In this document: positions 18,294-26,143 of the stretch, piece by piece
How positions within the stretch are numbered: position 1 is the stretch's first letter
Layout of the letters: every line of letters starts with the position of its first letter
Assembly: GCF_002874535.1 (NCBI RefSeq)
Contig: NZ_CP025025.1
Span: forward strand, 2,905,312-2,937,311
Length of the DNA stretch: 32,000 nucleotides
Direction of reading: 5' to 3'
Source: Mesobacillus jeotgali
GTDB lineage: Bacteria; Bacillota; Bacilli; Bacillales; Cytobacillaceae
Made by a program: the position numbers and the translations under genes
Notes under the pieces: generated by a model
The model's input: only the letters and a program-made list of their open reading frames with translations
What the model was told of the DNA's origin: nothing
Databases searched by the model: none

Positions 18294-18353
18294 TGCTTTG
18301 CTCCTTTGCTTTTTTTACCTAATTGCCCTTTAGCACAGGCAGCAAAACATTTG

Positions 18354-18881
18354 TTATTTGACCGGCCTCCATTGCATCGCTTTTTGCTCAATCTCTTTCA
18401 CAATCGGGGATTTTTCAGCTATGTAGGAATCGATGTCAAATTCATATTTTAGCGCAGCTTTTTCTTTTACCTCAGAGTATTTACTGGCATCATGAGGGTG
18501 AGACCTTAAGTAATTACGGAATACAAGATGCCTGTACAATTGATGGCTGCCTTTTTCAAAAGAGTGCAAATGAACTTTTCGTATCCCATTTTCGTCATGT
18601 TTTTGAAAATAGCGCCGCCCCGGGATGCCATTCTCACCCTTCGCCTCGTAGCCAGCAGCTTCTATGGCAGGTGTTGCTTTTTCAACTTGCACAAGACTGT
18701 CCGCTGCTAACATGATGTCTATGATCGGCTTGGCACTAAGTCCCGGGACAGATGTACTGCCGATATGGTGGATTTCTACCTCTGCCGGTTTAAAGATAGA
18801 CTCCAAAAGCTGTTTTTCATTTTCAAATAGCGTTTTCCACTCTGGGTTATATGGAACTACTTCCACTCTTCTTCGGGTCAT
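18354..18881 (-). CDS. GrpB/UPF0157 family protein (YqkA-like)
   Basis: The GrpB signature is present (HHIGSTSVPGLSAKPIIDI). The start is set at ATG 18881 (MTRRRVEVVPY), which forms an ATGA overlap with the upstream stop codon. Confidence 0.8.
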   Translation of the reverse strand: MTRRRVEVVPYNPEWKTLFENEKQLLESIFKPAEVEIHHIGSTSVPGLSAKPIIDIMLAADSLVQVEKATPAIEAAGYEAKGENGIPGRRYFQKHDENGIRKVHLHSFEKGSHQLYRHLVFRNYLRSHPHDASKYSEVKEKAALKYEFDIDSYIAEKSPIVKEIEQKAMQWRPVK

Positions 18882-19129
18882 TTGAATTTCTTCCAATCCA
18901 TGTCGCTTTCGGAGAGCAATTCTTCAAACGATTTGTTCTTCTCCCTTAAACGCTTCTCTTCCTTCTTGCGCTCCAATTCAGCCTGCTTTTTCTGTTCTTC
19001 CTCTTCCTTTAATTGTTGCTGCTGATCTTTTAACTTTTGCATGATATCCTGGTTCAGGAGATCGCCCAGTGTTGCTGGCTTTTCCTCTTTCTTTACTTGT
19101 TGCTGCTGGCGTTTTTGTTTCTTTTTCAT
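18878..19129 (-). CDS. Lys/Glu/Gln-rich small protein (DUF3886/YqkK-like)
   Basis: 83 aa and highly charged, with a conserved-looking LGDLLN...KLK core and an NKSFEELL...W.KFK tail. It is translationally coupled to the GrpB-like gene. Confidence 0.6.
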   Translation of the reverse strand: MKKKQKRQQQQVKKEEKPATLGDLLNQDIMQKLKDQQQQLKEEEEQKKQAELERKKEEKRLREKNKSFEELLSESDMDWKKFK

Positions 19130-19227
19130 TGTTGATCCCTCATCTTTTTGTTCAGCTAAACAGACTAGCTTAGCCTATTTTTTTAAGATTATATCATGAA
19201 AACTATCAAGTAAAATATGTAACAGTG

Positions 19228-19262
19228 TTAAAGAAGAAGGAACGCCCTTTTACAGGCGTTCC
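19228..19262 (-). terminator. Candidate terminator after scoB
   Basis: Stem GGAACGCC / GGCGTTCC (19239-46 / 19255-62), followed on the minus strand by TTCTTCTTT. Confidence 0.45.
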
Positions 19263-19269
19263 CGATTGA

Positions 19270-19938
19270 TCAATATGCGTCTAATACAACTGAGTCGTCT
19301 ACCTGGAGTTCAGGTTCTGTTGATTTGATGACATCGTCGACTGTGTAACCTGAAGCTACTTCTACAAGCTTCAGCCCGAAAGGTGTTACGTCAATGACTG
19401 CCATATCTGTGATGATGCGGTTGACAACACCTTTGCCTGTCAATGGCAGGCTGCATTCCTTAAGGATTTTCGCATCACCGCTCTTGTTAACATGCTCCAT
19501 TATGACGATGATTTTTTGTGCTCCGTGGACAAGGTCCATAGCACCGCCCATGCCTTTGATCATCTTTCCTGGAATCATCCAGTTAGCAAGATCGCCAGCT
19601 TCCGAGACTTCCATTCCGCCAAGGATGGCGATATTGATGTGTCCTCCGCGAATCATTGCGAAAGACTCAGCAGAATCAAAATACGCAGCACCTGAAATCG
19701 CCGTAACCGTTTCTTTGCCTGCGTTGATCAAATCTGGATCGACGCTGTCCTCGGCTGGATAAGGTCCAATCCCAAGCAAGCCGTTTTCCGACTGAAGGAC
19801 AACCTGCTTGTCGTCGGAAATGAAATTTGCAACCAATGTCGGCATCCCGATGCCAAGGTTTACGTAAAAACCGTTTTCGATTTCTTTTTCAGCCCGGCGC
19901 GCGATTTTCTCCCGGACATTCCCTTTGTTTTTAATCAT
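19270..19938 (-). CDS. scoB: 3-oxoacid (succinyl-CoA:acetoacetate) CoA-transferase subunit B
   Basis: 222 aa, CoA-transferase family I beta subunit, with the catalytic-glutamate context SENGLLG. Confidence 0.9.
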   Translation of the reverse strand: MIKNKGNVREKIARRAEKEIENGFYVNLGIGMPTLVANFISDDKQVVLQSENGLLGIGPYPAEDSVDPDLINAGKETVTAISGAAYFDSAESFAMIRGGHINIAILGGMEVSEAGDLANWMIPGKMIKGMGGAMDLVHGAQKIIVIMEHVNKSGDAKILKECSLPLTGKGVVNRIITDMAVIDVTPFGLKLVEVASGYTVDDVIKSTEPELQVDDSVVLDAY

Positions 19939-19967
19939 ATGCCTTCTCCTTTCATGATCAGCCAGAG

Positions 19968-20657
19968 TTAACTTCTCACTGTCAGCCTTTCAATCCGTTT
20001 CTCCTGATTGCCCTCAATCAGTGTCTGGACATAAATGCTTGGAGTATGGATACTGTTCGGATCTAATTCTCCTACTTCATATAAATTCTCGACTTCGGCA
20101 ATCGTGACCCTGCCGGCCGCTGCAATCATCGGATTGAAGTTCCTTGCTGTTTTATGATAGACAAGGTTCCCCATTTTATCGCCCTTCCAGGCACGGACGA
20201 TGCTAAAATCCGCAGTCAGCGACTCTTCAAGGAGATACTCTTTGCCATTGAACATGCGGGTTTCTTTTCCTTCCGCAATTGGTGTCCCCACTCCTGCCGG
20301 CGTGTAGAAAGCCGGAATTCCTGCACCGCCTGCCCTGATTTTTTCAGCCAGGGTTCCTTGTGGAATCAATTCGACTTCGATTTCACCGGATAATACCTGT
20401 CTTTCGAACTCTTTATTTTCCCCAACATAGGAACCTACCATTTTCTTGATCTGCTTGTTCTTTAGCAGCAGCCCAAGTCCCCAATCGTCGACACCACAGT
20501 TGTTTGAAATGACTGTCAGGTCTTTTACCCCTTTTTCAACAAGTGCCAGGATGGCATTTTCCGGGATCCCGCAGAGGCCAAAGCCGCCAACCATCAAGGT
20601 TGCCCCATCTTGGATATCTGCCACTGCGTCTTGAAAGGATGTACAAATTCTTTTCAT
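19968..20657 (-). CDS. scoA: 3-oxoacid CoA-transferase subunit A
   Basis: 229 aa, CoA-transferase family I alpha subunit ([10 protein letters not shown]). Confidence 0.9.
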   Translation of the reverse strand: MKRICTSFQDAVADIQDGATLMVGGFGLCGIPENAILALVEKGVKDLTVISNNCGVDDWGLGLLLKNKQIKKMVGSYVGENKEFERQVLSGEIEVELIPQGTLAEKIRAGGAGIPAFYTPAGVGTPIAEGKETRMFNGKEYLLEESLTADFSIVRAWKGDKMGNLVYHKTARNFNPMIAAAGRVTIAEVENLYEVGELDPNSIHTPSIYVQTLIEGNQEKRIERLTVRS

Positions 20658-20735
20658 CGTTCTTCCCCCTTTGACTATGGAAGCACAGGCAAATGCCGAT
20701 GCCAGATTTTAAAATAAGTTAAAAGATTAATAGGT

Positions 20736-21923
20736 TTAAGCGAGTTCCACAACTGACGCAACACCCTGTCCTCCGCCGATGCACAGGGTAGCAAGGCCGG
20801 TCTTCGCGTTACGGCGCTTCATTTCATGGATCAGTGTTACAAGGATCCTGGCTCCGCTTGCCCCGATTGGATGGCCCAGCGCAATTGCACCGCCATTCAC
20901 ATTGAGGATGTCCTTGTTAAAATTAAGCTCACGATCGACAGCCAGTGATTGAGCGGCAAATGCTTCATTCGCCTCGATCAGCTCCATATCTTCCATCGTC
21001 ATGCCCGCTTTGTTTAATGCTTTCTTAACTGCGTCAACCGGTCCGATACCCATTATGCTCGGGTCAACACCCGCACTGGCATTTCCTTTAATGACAACGA
21101 GTGGTTTTAAGCCAAGCTCTTCAGCCTTTGCCCTGCTCATGACAACCAACGCAGCTGCTCCATCATTGATTCCTGACGCGTTCCCCGCCGTTACGCTGCC
21201 ATCCTTTTTGAATGCTGGACGAAGGCCGCCAAGTTTCTCCGCTGTTGTCCCTTTTTTCGGATACTCATCCGTATCAAAAATGACCGGATCACCTTTTCGC
21301 TGCGGAATTTCGATTGGCACGATCTCATCCTTGAACTTACCTTCCTCAATCGCCTTTGCCGCCTTTTCCTGGCTAGCTGCTGAGAACTCGTCCTGCTCGC
21401 TCCGGCCAATTTCATACTTTGAGCACAGGTTTTCAGCCGTGACCCCCATGTGGTAGTCATTGAATGCACACCAAAGGCCGTCTGAGATCATGCTGTCCAC
21501 TAGCTTCTGGTCACCCATCTTGAATCCATCACGTGCATTTTTCAATAAATATGGAGCCTGGCTCATATTCTCCATTCCGCCCGCTACGACGACTTCCGCA
21601 TCACCCGCTATGATGGCCTGCGCTGCCAGATGTACTGCCTTCAAGCCAGATCCGCACACCTTATTGATCGTCATAGAGGAAGCGCTTTCAGGAATACCCG
21701 CCTTAATCGCTGCCTGTCTTGCAGGGTTTTGCCCCAATCCAGCCTGGAGGACATTGCCCATGATGATTTCATCCACTTGACCTGGCTCAACACCCGCCTG
21801 CTTCAATGCATCTTTAATTACCGCGGCACCGAGGTCTGGTGCGGAAATATTCTTCAAACTACCATTAAAGCTGCCAATTGCTGTCCTTACAGCAGCTACG
21901 ATTACTGCTTCAGTCTTGCTCAA
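20736..21923 (-). CDS. Acetyl-CoA C-acetyltransferase (thiolase II)
   Basis: Thiolase motifs are present: active-site Cys context ([10 protein letters not shown]), [15 protein letters not shown] and CIGGGQG. The start is probably TTG 21923 (SKTEAVIV), preceded by AAAGGGTGAG. The track start at 21950 is a GTG without an SD. Confidence 0.9.
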   Translation of the reverse strand: MSKTEAVIVAAVRTAIGSFNGSLKNISAPDLGAAVIKDALKQAGVEPGQVDEIIMGNVLQAGLGQNPARQAAIKAGIPESASSMTINKVCGSGLKAVHLAAQAIIAGDAEVVVAGGMENMSQAPYLLKNARDGFKMGDQKLVDSMISDGLWCAFNDYHMGVTAENLCSKYEIGRSEQDEFSAASQEKAAKAIEEGKFKDEIVPIEIPQRKGDPVIFDTDEYPKKGTTAEKLGGLRPAFKKDGSVTAGNASGINDGAAALVVMSRAKAEELGLKPLVVIKGNASAGVDPSIMGIGPVDAVKKALNKAGMTMEDMELIEANEAFAAQSLAVDRELNFNKDILNVNGGAIALGHPIGASGARILVTLIHEMKRRNAKTGLATLCIGGGQGVASVVELA

Positions 21924-21970
21924 ACTGCTCACCCTTTCTCTGGTTCTCACATCTTAAGTACTTCTATTGC

Positions 21971-22001
21971 TTTTGATAAAATCCCTTTTATTTTATCAAA
22001 A
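21971..22001. promoter_or_regulatory. Perfect 12-bp inverted repeat in divergent promoter region (candidate operator)
   Basis: TTTTGATAAAAT-ccctttt-ATTTTATCAAAA (21971-21982 / 21990-22001). It lies between the thiolase operon and the HMG-CoA lyase gene. Confidence 0.4.
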
Positions 22002-22013
22002 TTTTATTTATTC

Positions 22014-22043
22014 TTGCATTTTTAAAAATATTCTATTTACAAT
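22014..22043 (+). promoter_or_regulatory. Candidate sigma-A promoter of HMG-CoA lyase gene
   Basis: TTGCAT-N18-TACAAT, followed by the SD AAGAGGAGGGG (22054-22064). Confidence 0.35.
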
Positions 22044-22073
22044 TAAGATAACTTAAGAGGAGGGGTATATCAA

Positions 22074-22976
22074 ATGCTGCAGCTTCCCAAGAAGGTTGAA
22101 ATAATTGAAGTTGGCCCGAGAGACGGGCTCCAAAATGAAAAGAATTTCGTTTCTACAGATGTTAAAAAAGCTTTTATCAGTTCCTTGAAGGATGCCGGAG
22201 TCAAAGAAATGGAACTTACTTCCTTCGTATCTCCTAAATGGGTGCCACAGATGGGCGATGCCGCAGAGATCGTTGCTGACTGCCTTGACAGCAGCACAAG
22301 GAATATCGTCCTCGCTCCTAATAAAAAGGGAGTTGAACGCGTCTATATGACTGACTGCAAAGCGGTCGCTGTGTTCGTCGGGGTCAGCAATACTTTTAAT
22401 CAAAAGAATATCAACAAAACGACAGCTGAGAGCCTTGCTGAGGTTCTGCCATTGATCGCAGAGCTTAAGTCGAAGGATTATTTTGTGCGTGCGTGCATCT
22501 CAACTGCTTTTTATTGTCCATATGAAGGAAAGGTTGAAGAAGATGCGGTCATTGCATTATGCGGTGAATTCGTTGAGGCCGGGGTCGATGAACTGAGTGT
22601 CGCCGATACAATCGGCATGGCTGCACCCCAGGAGTCTTATTCCTTATTTTCGAAATTGAAGGGTGCTTACCCGGATGTGCTGCTGACTGCGCATTTCCAT
22701 GATACAAGAAAGCTGGCATTGTCGAATATTTTTGCCACTCTACAGGCAGGAGTCACCCGGTTCGACACTTCTGCCGGCGGTCTGGGCGGATGCCCGTTCG
22801 CCCCAGGTGCTGCAGGCAATGCTGCTACAGAGGATGTCGTCTATATGCTTCACAGGATGGGAATCGACACCGGCGTCGACCTTGACAAGATGCTCAAGGC
22901 AATTGAGGTGATCCAGCCTCATATCTCAAGACCCATTGAAAGCACCTATTTCAAGCTGAATTCAGTTAGTGTTTAA
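22074..22976 (+). CDS. Hydroxymethylglutaryl-CoA lyase
   Basis: 300 aa, DRE-TIM/HMGL-like (EVGPRDGLQNE, HFHDTR, GGLGGCPFAPGAAGN). Confidence 0.9.
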   Translation: MLQLPKKVEIIEVGPRDGLQNEKNFVSTDVKKAFISSLKDAGVKEMELTSFVSPKWVPQMGDAAEIVADCLDSSTRNIVLAPNKKGVERVYMTDCKAVAVFVGVSNTFNQKNINKTTAESLAEVLPLIAELKSKDYFVRACISTAFYCPYEGKVEEDAVIALCGEFVEAGVDELSVADTIGMAAPQESYSLFSKLKGAYPDVLLTAHFHDTRKLALSNIFATLQAGVTRFDTSAGGLGGCPFAPGAAGNAATEDVVYMLHRMGIDTGVDLDKMLKAIEVIQPHISRPIESTYFKLNSVSV

Positions 22977-22982
22977 CTTTTT

Positions 22983-23012
22983 GCATAAGCTCCTGTTCTT
23001 GAATCCATCTTA
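22983..23012 (+). promoter_or_regulatory. Sigma-G-type (forespore) promoter
   Basis: GCATA-N18-CATCTTA matches GHATR-N18-CATXHTA at every specified position. It lies 39 nt upstream of ATG 23051. Confidence 0.55.
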
Positions 23013-23050
23013 TTAGATGAGGTTATTTTTTGAAGAAGGGAGCATATTGC

Positions 23051-23182
23051 ATGAGCCAAAAACGTGACAAAGGCTACAGCCAGCAAGGCAAGCCAAACGC
23101 AGATACAGTAAAACAGCAAATTGCCGCCGAGGATCTTGAAAAAGCGATTCATCCAACAAAGCGCCAAAATTCACAGCAATAA
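23051..23182 (+). CDS. Small hydrophilic protein (43 aa), minor-SASP-like; absent from the ORF track
   Basis: AAGGGAG (23036-23042), then 8 nt, then ATG. The product is MSQKRDKGYSQQGKPNADTVKQQIAAEDLEKAIHPTKRQNSQQ. It has no hydrophobic core and is Gln/Lys-rich. A consensus sigma-G-type promoter precedes it. Confidence 0.6.
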   Translation: MSQKRDKGYSQQGKPNADTVKQQIAAEDLEKAIHPTKRQNSQQ

Positions 23183-23184
23183 AG

Positions 23185-23530
23185 AAAAGCGTAAGCGCCT
23201 TGGTCAACTCCGACAAGCGCTGCCCGCCTAAAAGCGCCACATCCTCCCAAAAGCTACCGCTTTCGGTCGTGCGATGAATCGCTTCGAAGCTTTCCTTATC
23301 CTGTGGCAGGCGGGTTTGCACGTCCTGTGCCATAGAGGGCCTGACAGTGAAGTCGTTCTTTGACTTCATTGACAGGACCGAAATCGAAAAGTATAGCCGA
23401 CTGCCCAGAAACGCAGAAACTGGAGACTCCGACAAAGAAGCGCTTTTTGCTTCTGCCGGCGGAGTTGAAGTTTCGGAGTTTCTAGGAGGTGACACTAGAC
23501 AAGCGACTCGAGGGGCTAGGAGCTGGACAC
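23185..23530. repeat. Dispersed intergenic element, expanded mosaic copy (E2)
   Basis: It shares three blocks with 14383-14498 in the same order and orientation: AAAGCGyAAGCGCCT..CCGACAAGCG; GGGCCTGmCAGTGAAGTCGyTCTTTGACTTCATTGrCAGGACCGAAA; and CTCGAGGGGCTAGG..AGCTGGA. Two extra segments of about 115-120 bp separate them. The central hairpin is at 23340-23376. Confidence 0.85.
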
Positions 23531-23656
23531 TTCTCGAAGTGATGTTATTAATTCTTATAACTAATACGTGGATCGCCAAATTCGGCGGTCTTTTTTATGT
23601 TTGTATTATCAAGACTAATGGTAAAATAAAGAAAACAGATTATCGGAGGGTTGAGC

Positions 23657-24595
23657 TTGAGAAGAGCGTTCCGCGTGCTATTTTCTTTTTTGTTTGTCCT
23701 AACCTCGCTCGGGGTTTTTATATCCAATAAAGTCATGTTCTTAAAAAGGAAAGATGACGAAGAAATCTTCAACCGAGAAACCGAAGCCGGGCATCTGGTA
23801 CCTGATGAATATGATTCACTGCCAAAAATGGAAGTTACGATTCCCTCGTCCTTTGGCTACTCATTGAAGGCCGTCCTCGTCGAACCACATGACACAAATC
23901 GTTACATCATCATTGCCCATGGGGTTACCCAGAGCAAGACCAATTCCGTGAAATATATGAACTTGTTCCTAAACAGGGGTTTCAATGCGGTTATTTATGA
24001 TCATCGCCGCCATGGGGAGTCCGGCGGGAAGACCACCAGCTATGGATATTATGAGAAATTCGACCTTAAATCGGTAGTAGACTGGCTAAGAGAAGAGAAG
24101 GGTCCAGATTTGCTACTTGGTATCCACGGGGAATCAATGGGAGCTGCTACTTTGCTTCTTTATGCCGGCATGATTGAAGACGGAGCTGACTTCTATGTGG
24201 CAGATTGCCCATTCTCTGACTTCAGCGAACAGCTCGCCTACCGCATCAAGGAAGAAGTTAAGTTTTTGCCGCCAAAACTATTGCTGCCAGTCGCAAGTAT
24301 GTTCGTGCGTATTCGTGATAAATATTCTTTGAGTCAGGTATCCCCGATTGCAGTTATCGAAAATATTAAAAACCCGATTCTTTTCATCCATAGCCGCAAG
24401 GACGACTTCATTTTACCATCGATGACTGAAGCTTTGTTCGAACAGAAAATAGGAGCGAAAAAATTATTCATGGCCGAAAATGGACTCCACGCCCAATCCT
24501 ACAGCGAAAACCGGGAACAATATGAAAAGGTGCTCGATGAATTTCTTGAGGAATATATCTTGACCGATCATGGAAGTATGGACGCAGACCATTAA
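23657..24595 (+). CDS. Alpha/beta hydrolase (YqkD-like) with N-terminal TM anchor
   Basis: The nucleophile elbow GESMG is present, with a downstream Asp/His. The start is set at TTG 23657 (GGAGGG plus 6 nt) rather than the track TTG at 23651. Confidence 0.8.
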   Translation: MRRAFRVLFSFLFVLTSLGVFISNKVMFLKRKDDEEIFNRETEAGHLVPDEYDSLPKMEVTIPSSFGYSLKAVLVEPHDTNRYIIIAHGVTQSKTNSVKYMNLFLNRGFNAVIYDHRRHGESGGKTTSYGYYEKFDLKSVVDWLREEKGPDLLLGIHGESMGAATLLLYAGMIEDGADFYVADCPFSDFSEQLAYRIKEEVKFLPPKLLLPVASMFVRIRDKYSLSQVSPIAVIENIKNPILFIHSRKDDFILPSMTEALFEQKIGAKKLFMAENGLHAQSYSENREQYEKVLDEFLEEYILTDHGSMDADH

Positions 24596-24639
24596 TACAG
24601 GTTGAGCTAGGTTTTATCTTACGCTTTGGTTCGTTTTTA

Positions 24640-24990
24640 GCTCGTATGTATCCAATAGAGCTTTTCTATTGGACATTTTTCTCTTGTATCCGCTTCCGTT
24701 TGTCCGATAGAGCCTTTCTATCGGACAGTTTTCTCTTGTATCCGCTTCCGTTTGTCCGATAGAGCCTTTCTATCGGACATTTTTCTCCTCTTCCAGCTTC
24801 GGTTTGTCCATTAGAGCCTTTCTATCGGACACTTTTCTCCACTTCCAGCTTCGGTTTGTCCATTAGAGCCTTTCTATCGGACATTTTTCTCCACTTCCAG
24901 CTTCGGTTTGTCCATTAGAGCCTTTCTATCGGAAATTTTTCTCCTTTTCAGGCTTCGCTTTGTCTGTTAGGGAACTTGTTCCGATTCCGA
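24640..24990. repeat. Tandem direct repeat, period 52 bp, 6 good units plus 1 degenerate unit (array B), each with a hairpin
   Basis: The anchor TAGAGC recurs at 24656, 24708, 24760, 24812, 24864 and 24916, with a degenerate copy at 24968. The unit core is GTCCGATAG-agccttt-CTATCGGAC followed by a T-rich tract (ATTTTTCTC). Confidence 0.9.
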
Positions 24991-24997
24991 CGGGCGC

Positions 24998-25030
24998 AAA
25001 AAAGGATTGGCTCATCCCCCGAGCCAATCC
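24998..25030 (-). terminator. Rho-independent terminator after lipoprotein gene
   Basis: Perfect 10-bp stem GGATTGGCTC / GAGCCAATCC (25004-13 / 25021-30) followed on the minus strand by T6. Confidence 0.75.
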
Positions 25031-25033
25031 ACT

Positions 25034-25579
25034 TTACTGTTTTTCTCCCTGGCGATCGATTTCTTTGCCAGAGGCGTCGAGTGCCCTGACTTCCTTGTAA
25101 TCGCCTATTGCGTAATAATAGCGTTCGTTTTCTTTTTCAATGATTTCTATTTTGGTAAACTTGCCATCTGGTCCTGCAGCTTCAATTGTTTTGATATCCG
25201 GATTCACGATTTTCCCGAAAATCACAGGAATCTTCGCATCCAATGTTCCGTCTTCTTTAAAGGTTGTGAAAGTGTCGGCATACAGAATCATGAAATCATT
25301 TTTATAATAAGTCCAGTGGTTATGCCCCGCATTTTCCCAGCCTTCTTTTTCGCTGCCATTGATATAGGCTACTGCCAGCGCGTCGAATGTGTTTGAGCCT
25401 TCTTTTTGCTCTGTTGTGTAAAAGATGAGCCATCCACCCTCCACTTTTTCCTTGTGGACGATTTGTTTGATGTTGAACGGAATATCGTTTTGGATTGCTT
25501 CTCCCGCAGTCTTGTAGGCGCATGCAGACAGCACAAGTGCGCACAAAATCATTATGGCTGACCTCCAAAATTTCCTCAT
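25034..25579 (-). CDS. Putative lipoprotein
   Basis: The signal peptide with lipobox reads MRKFWRSAIMILCALVLSAC. The start is set at ATG 25579 (GGGGAG upstream). Confidence 0.7.
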   Translation of the reverse strand: MRKFWRSAIMILCALVLSACAYKTAGEAIQNDIPFNIKQIVHKEKVEGGWLIFYTTEQKEGSNTFDALAVAYINGSEKEGWENAGHNHWTYYKNDFMILYADTFTTFKEDGTLDAKIPVIFGKIVNPDIKTIEAAGPDGKFTKIEIIEKENERYYYAIGDYKEVRALDASGKEIDRQGEKQ

Positions 25580-25664
25580 CTTACTCCCCTGCCTTCGCAT
25601 CAAACTTCTATGTATTTCTACACCCTTCTCTCTTATTTAACCTTTTTTTCAATTTTTTGTAAAC

Positions 25665-25994
25665 TCATAACCTTCTTTTATCATGGAAGCTCATTCTTGG
25701 ATTCAGATATTCATTCGGACTCTTTAATTGGAAACATCCTGCTGTGTCCTTATAATCAATCGTCATCTCTTCAGCAAAAAAGACTTCCTTGGCTTTTTCC
25801 ATATAGATCGGAATCCCGTCCGTCTCTATCTTGTTTTCTTCCTCATAATGTTCGCTTTCAAACCAGAGGGCAGCTACTCCGCTTACTGCACAGCCGCACC
25901 CATCTATATCGTATTTCAATTTTACATACCCTTGCTTTCCTGAAACCTTTTCTTGCAGTTTGTTTGAAGCTGCTTCGGTGATTTTTATTTTCAT
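25665..25994 (-). CDS. HesB/IscA-like protein (YqkB-like)
   Basis: MKIKITEAASNKLQEK... with a DGCGCAVSG motif. The start is set at ATG 25994 (GGGAG plus 7 nt). Confidence 0.7.
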   Translation of the reverse strand: MKIKITEAASNKLQEKVSGKQGYVKLKYDIDGCGCAVSGVAALWFESEHYEEENKIETDGIPIYMEKAKEVFFAEEMTIDYKDTAGCFQLKSPNEYLNPRMSFHDKRRL

Positions 25995-26078
25995 GACTGC
26001 ACTCCCTTTCCGATTTTTCATTTTACCATACGAGGATCATTATTTCGTTGATAACCCCTGGCCAATCTCAAAATAGTC

Positions 26079-26107
26079 TTGCAATTTTTCTGTTTAGCTT
26101 TTACTAT
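26079..26107 (+). promoter_or_regulatory. Candidate sigma-A promoter of the CDGSH gene
   Basis: TTGCAA-N17-TACTAT. Confidence 0.45.
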
Positions 26108-26143
26108 CAAAGATAATTGTGACATTTGAAAGGGGTGCTTATT

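Noticed and set aside
21001-22025. Antisense ORFs inside the thiolase gene (21001-21456, 21460-21780 and 21630-22025 on the plus strand; 21191-21469 on the minus strand in another frame).
   Set aside because: These are typical shadow ORFs opposite or within a strongly supported, relatively GC-rich CDS. They have no SD and low-complexity translations. The same applies to shadow ORFs in other genes, such as 30443-30847 opposite the SDR gene and 22053-22403 opposite the HMG-CoA lyase gene.
21952-22058. 8-bp inverted match TCTTAAGT ... ACTTAAGA flanking the divergent promoter region.
   Set aside because: The arms lie 100 nt apart and are built around the self-complementary CTTAAG hexamer. In AT-rich DNA this is easily a chance match.
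23340-23376. Apparent paired change in the central hairpin of the two element copies (C to A at 23344, G to A at 23371).
   Set aside because: The two substitutions fall at positions that pair with each other, but they produce an A-A mismatch rather than a compensatory pair. They do not support selection for RNA structure.
23013-23579. 188-aa minus-strand ORF, and the 127-aa plus-strand ORF at 23347-23730.
   Set aside because: The minus-strand ORF and the 5' part of the plus-strand ORF run through the GC-rich repeat element E2, and the rest of the plus-strand ORF overlaps the start of the alpha/beta hydrolase CDS out of frame. Their translations are Ser/Pro/Ala/Arg-rich with no domain-like pattern and no SD. 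The compact element copy similarly generates the 14230-14448 ORF.
24640-24990. Possible CRISPR array, given regularly spaced palindromic repeats.
   Set aside because: The units are contiguous 52-bp tandem copies. The variable part is only about 15 nt and comes in two or three related versions rather than unique spacers. There are no cas genes or leader in the window. The same reasoning applies to 4901-5066.
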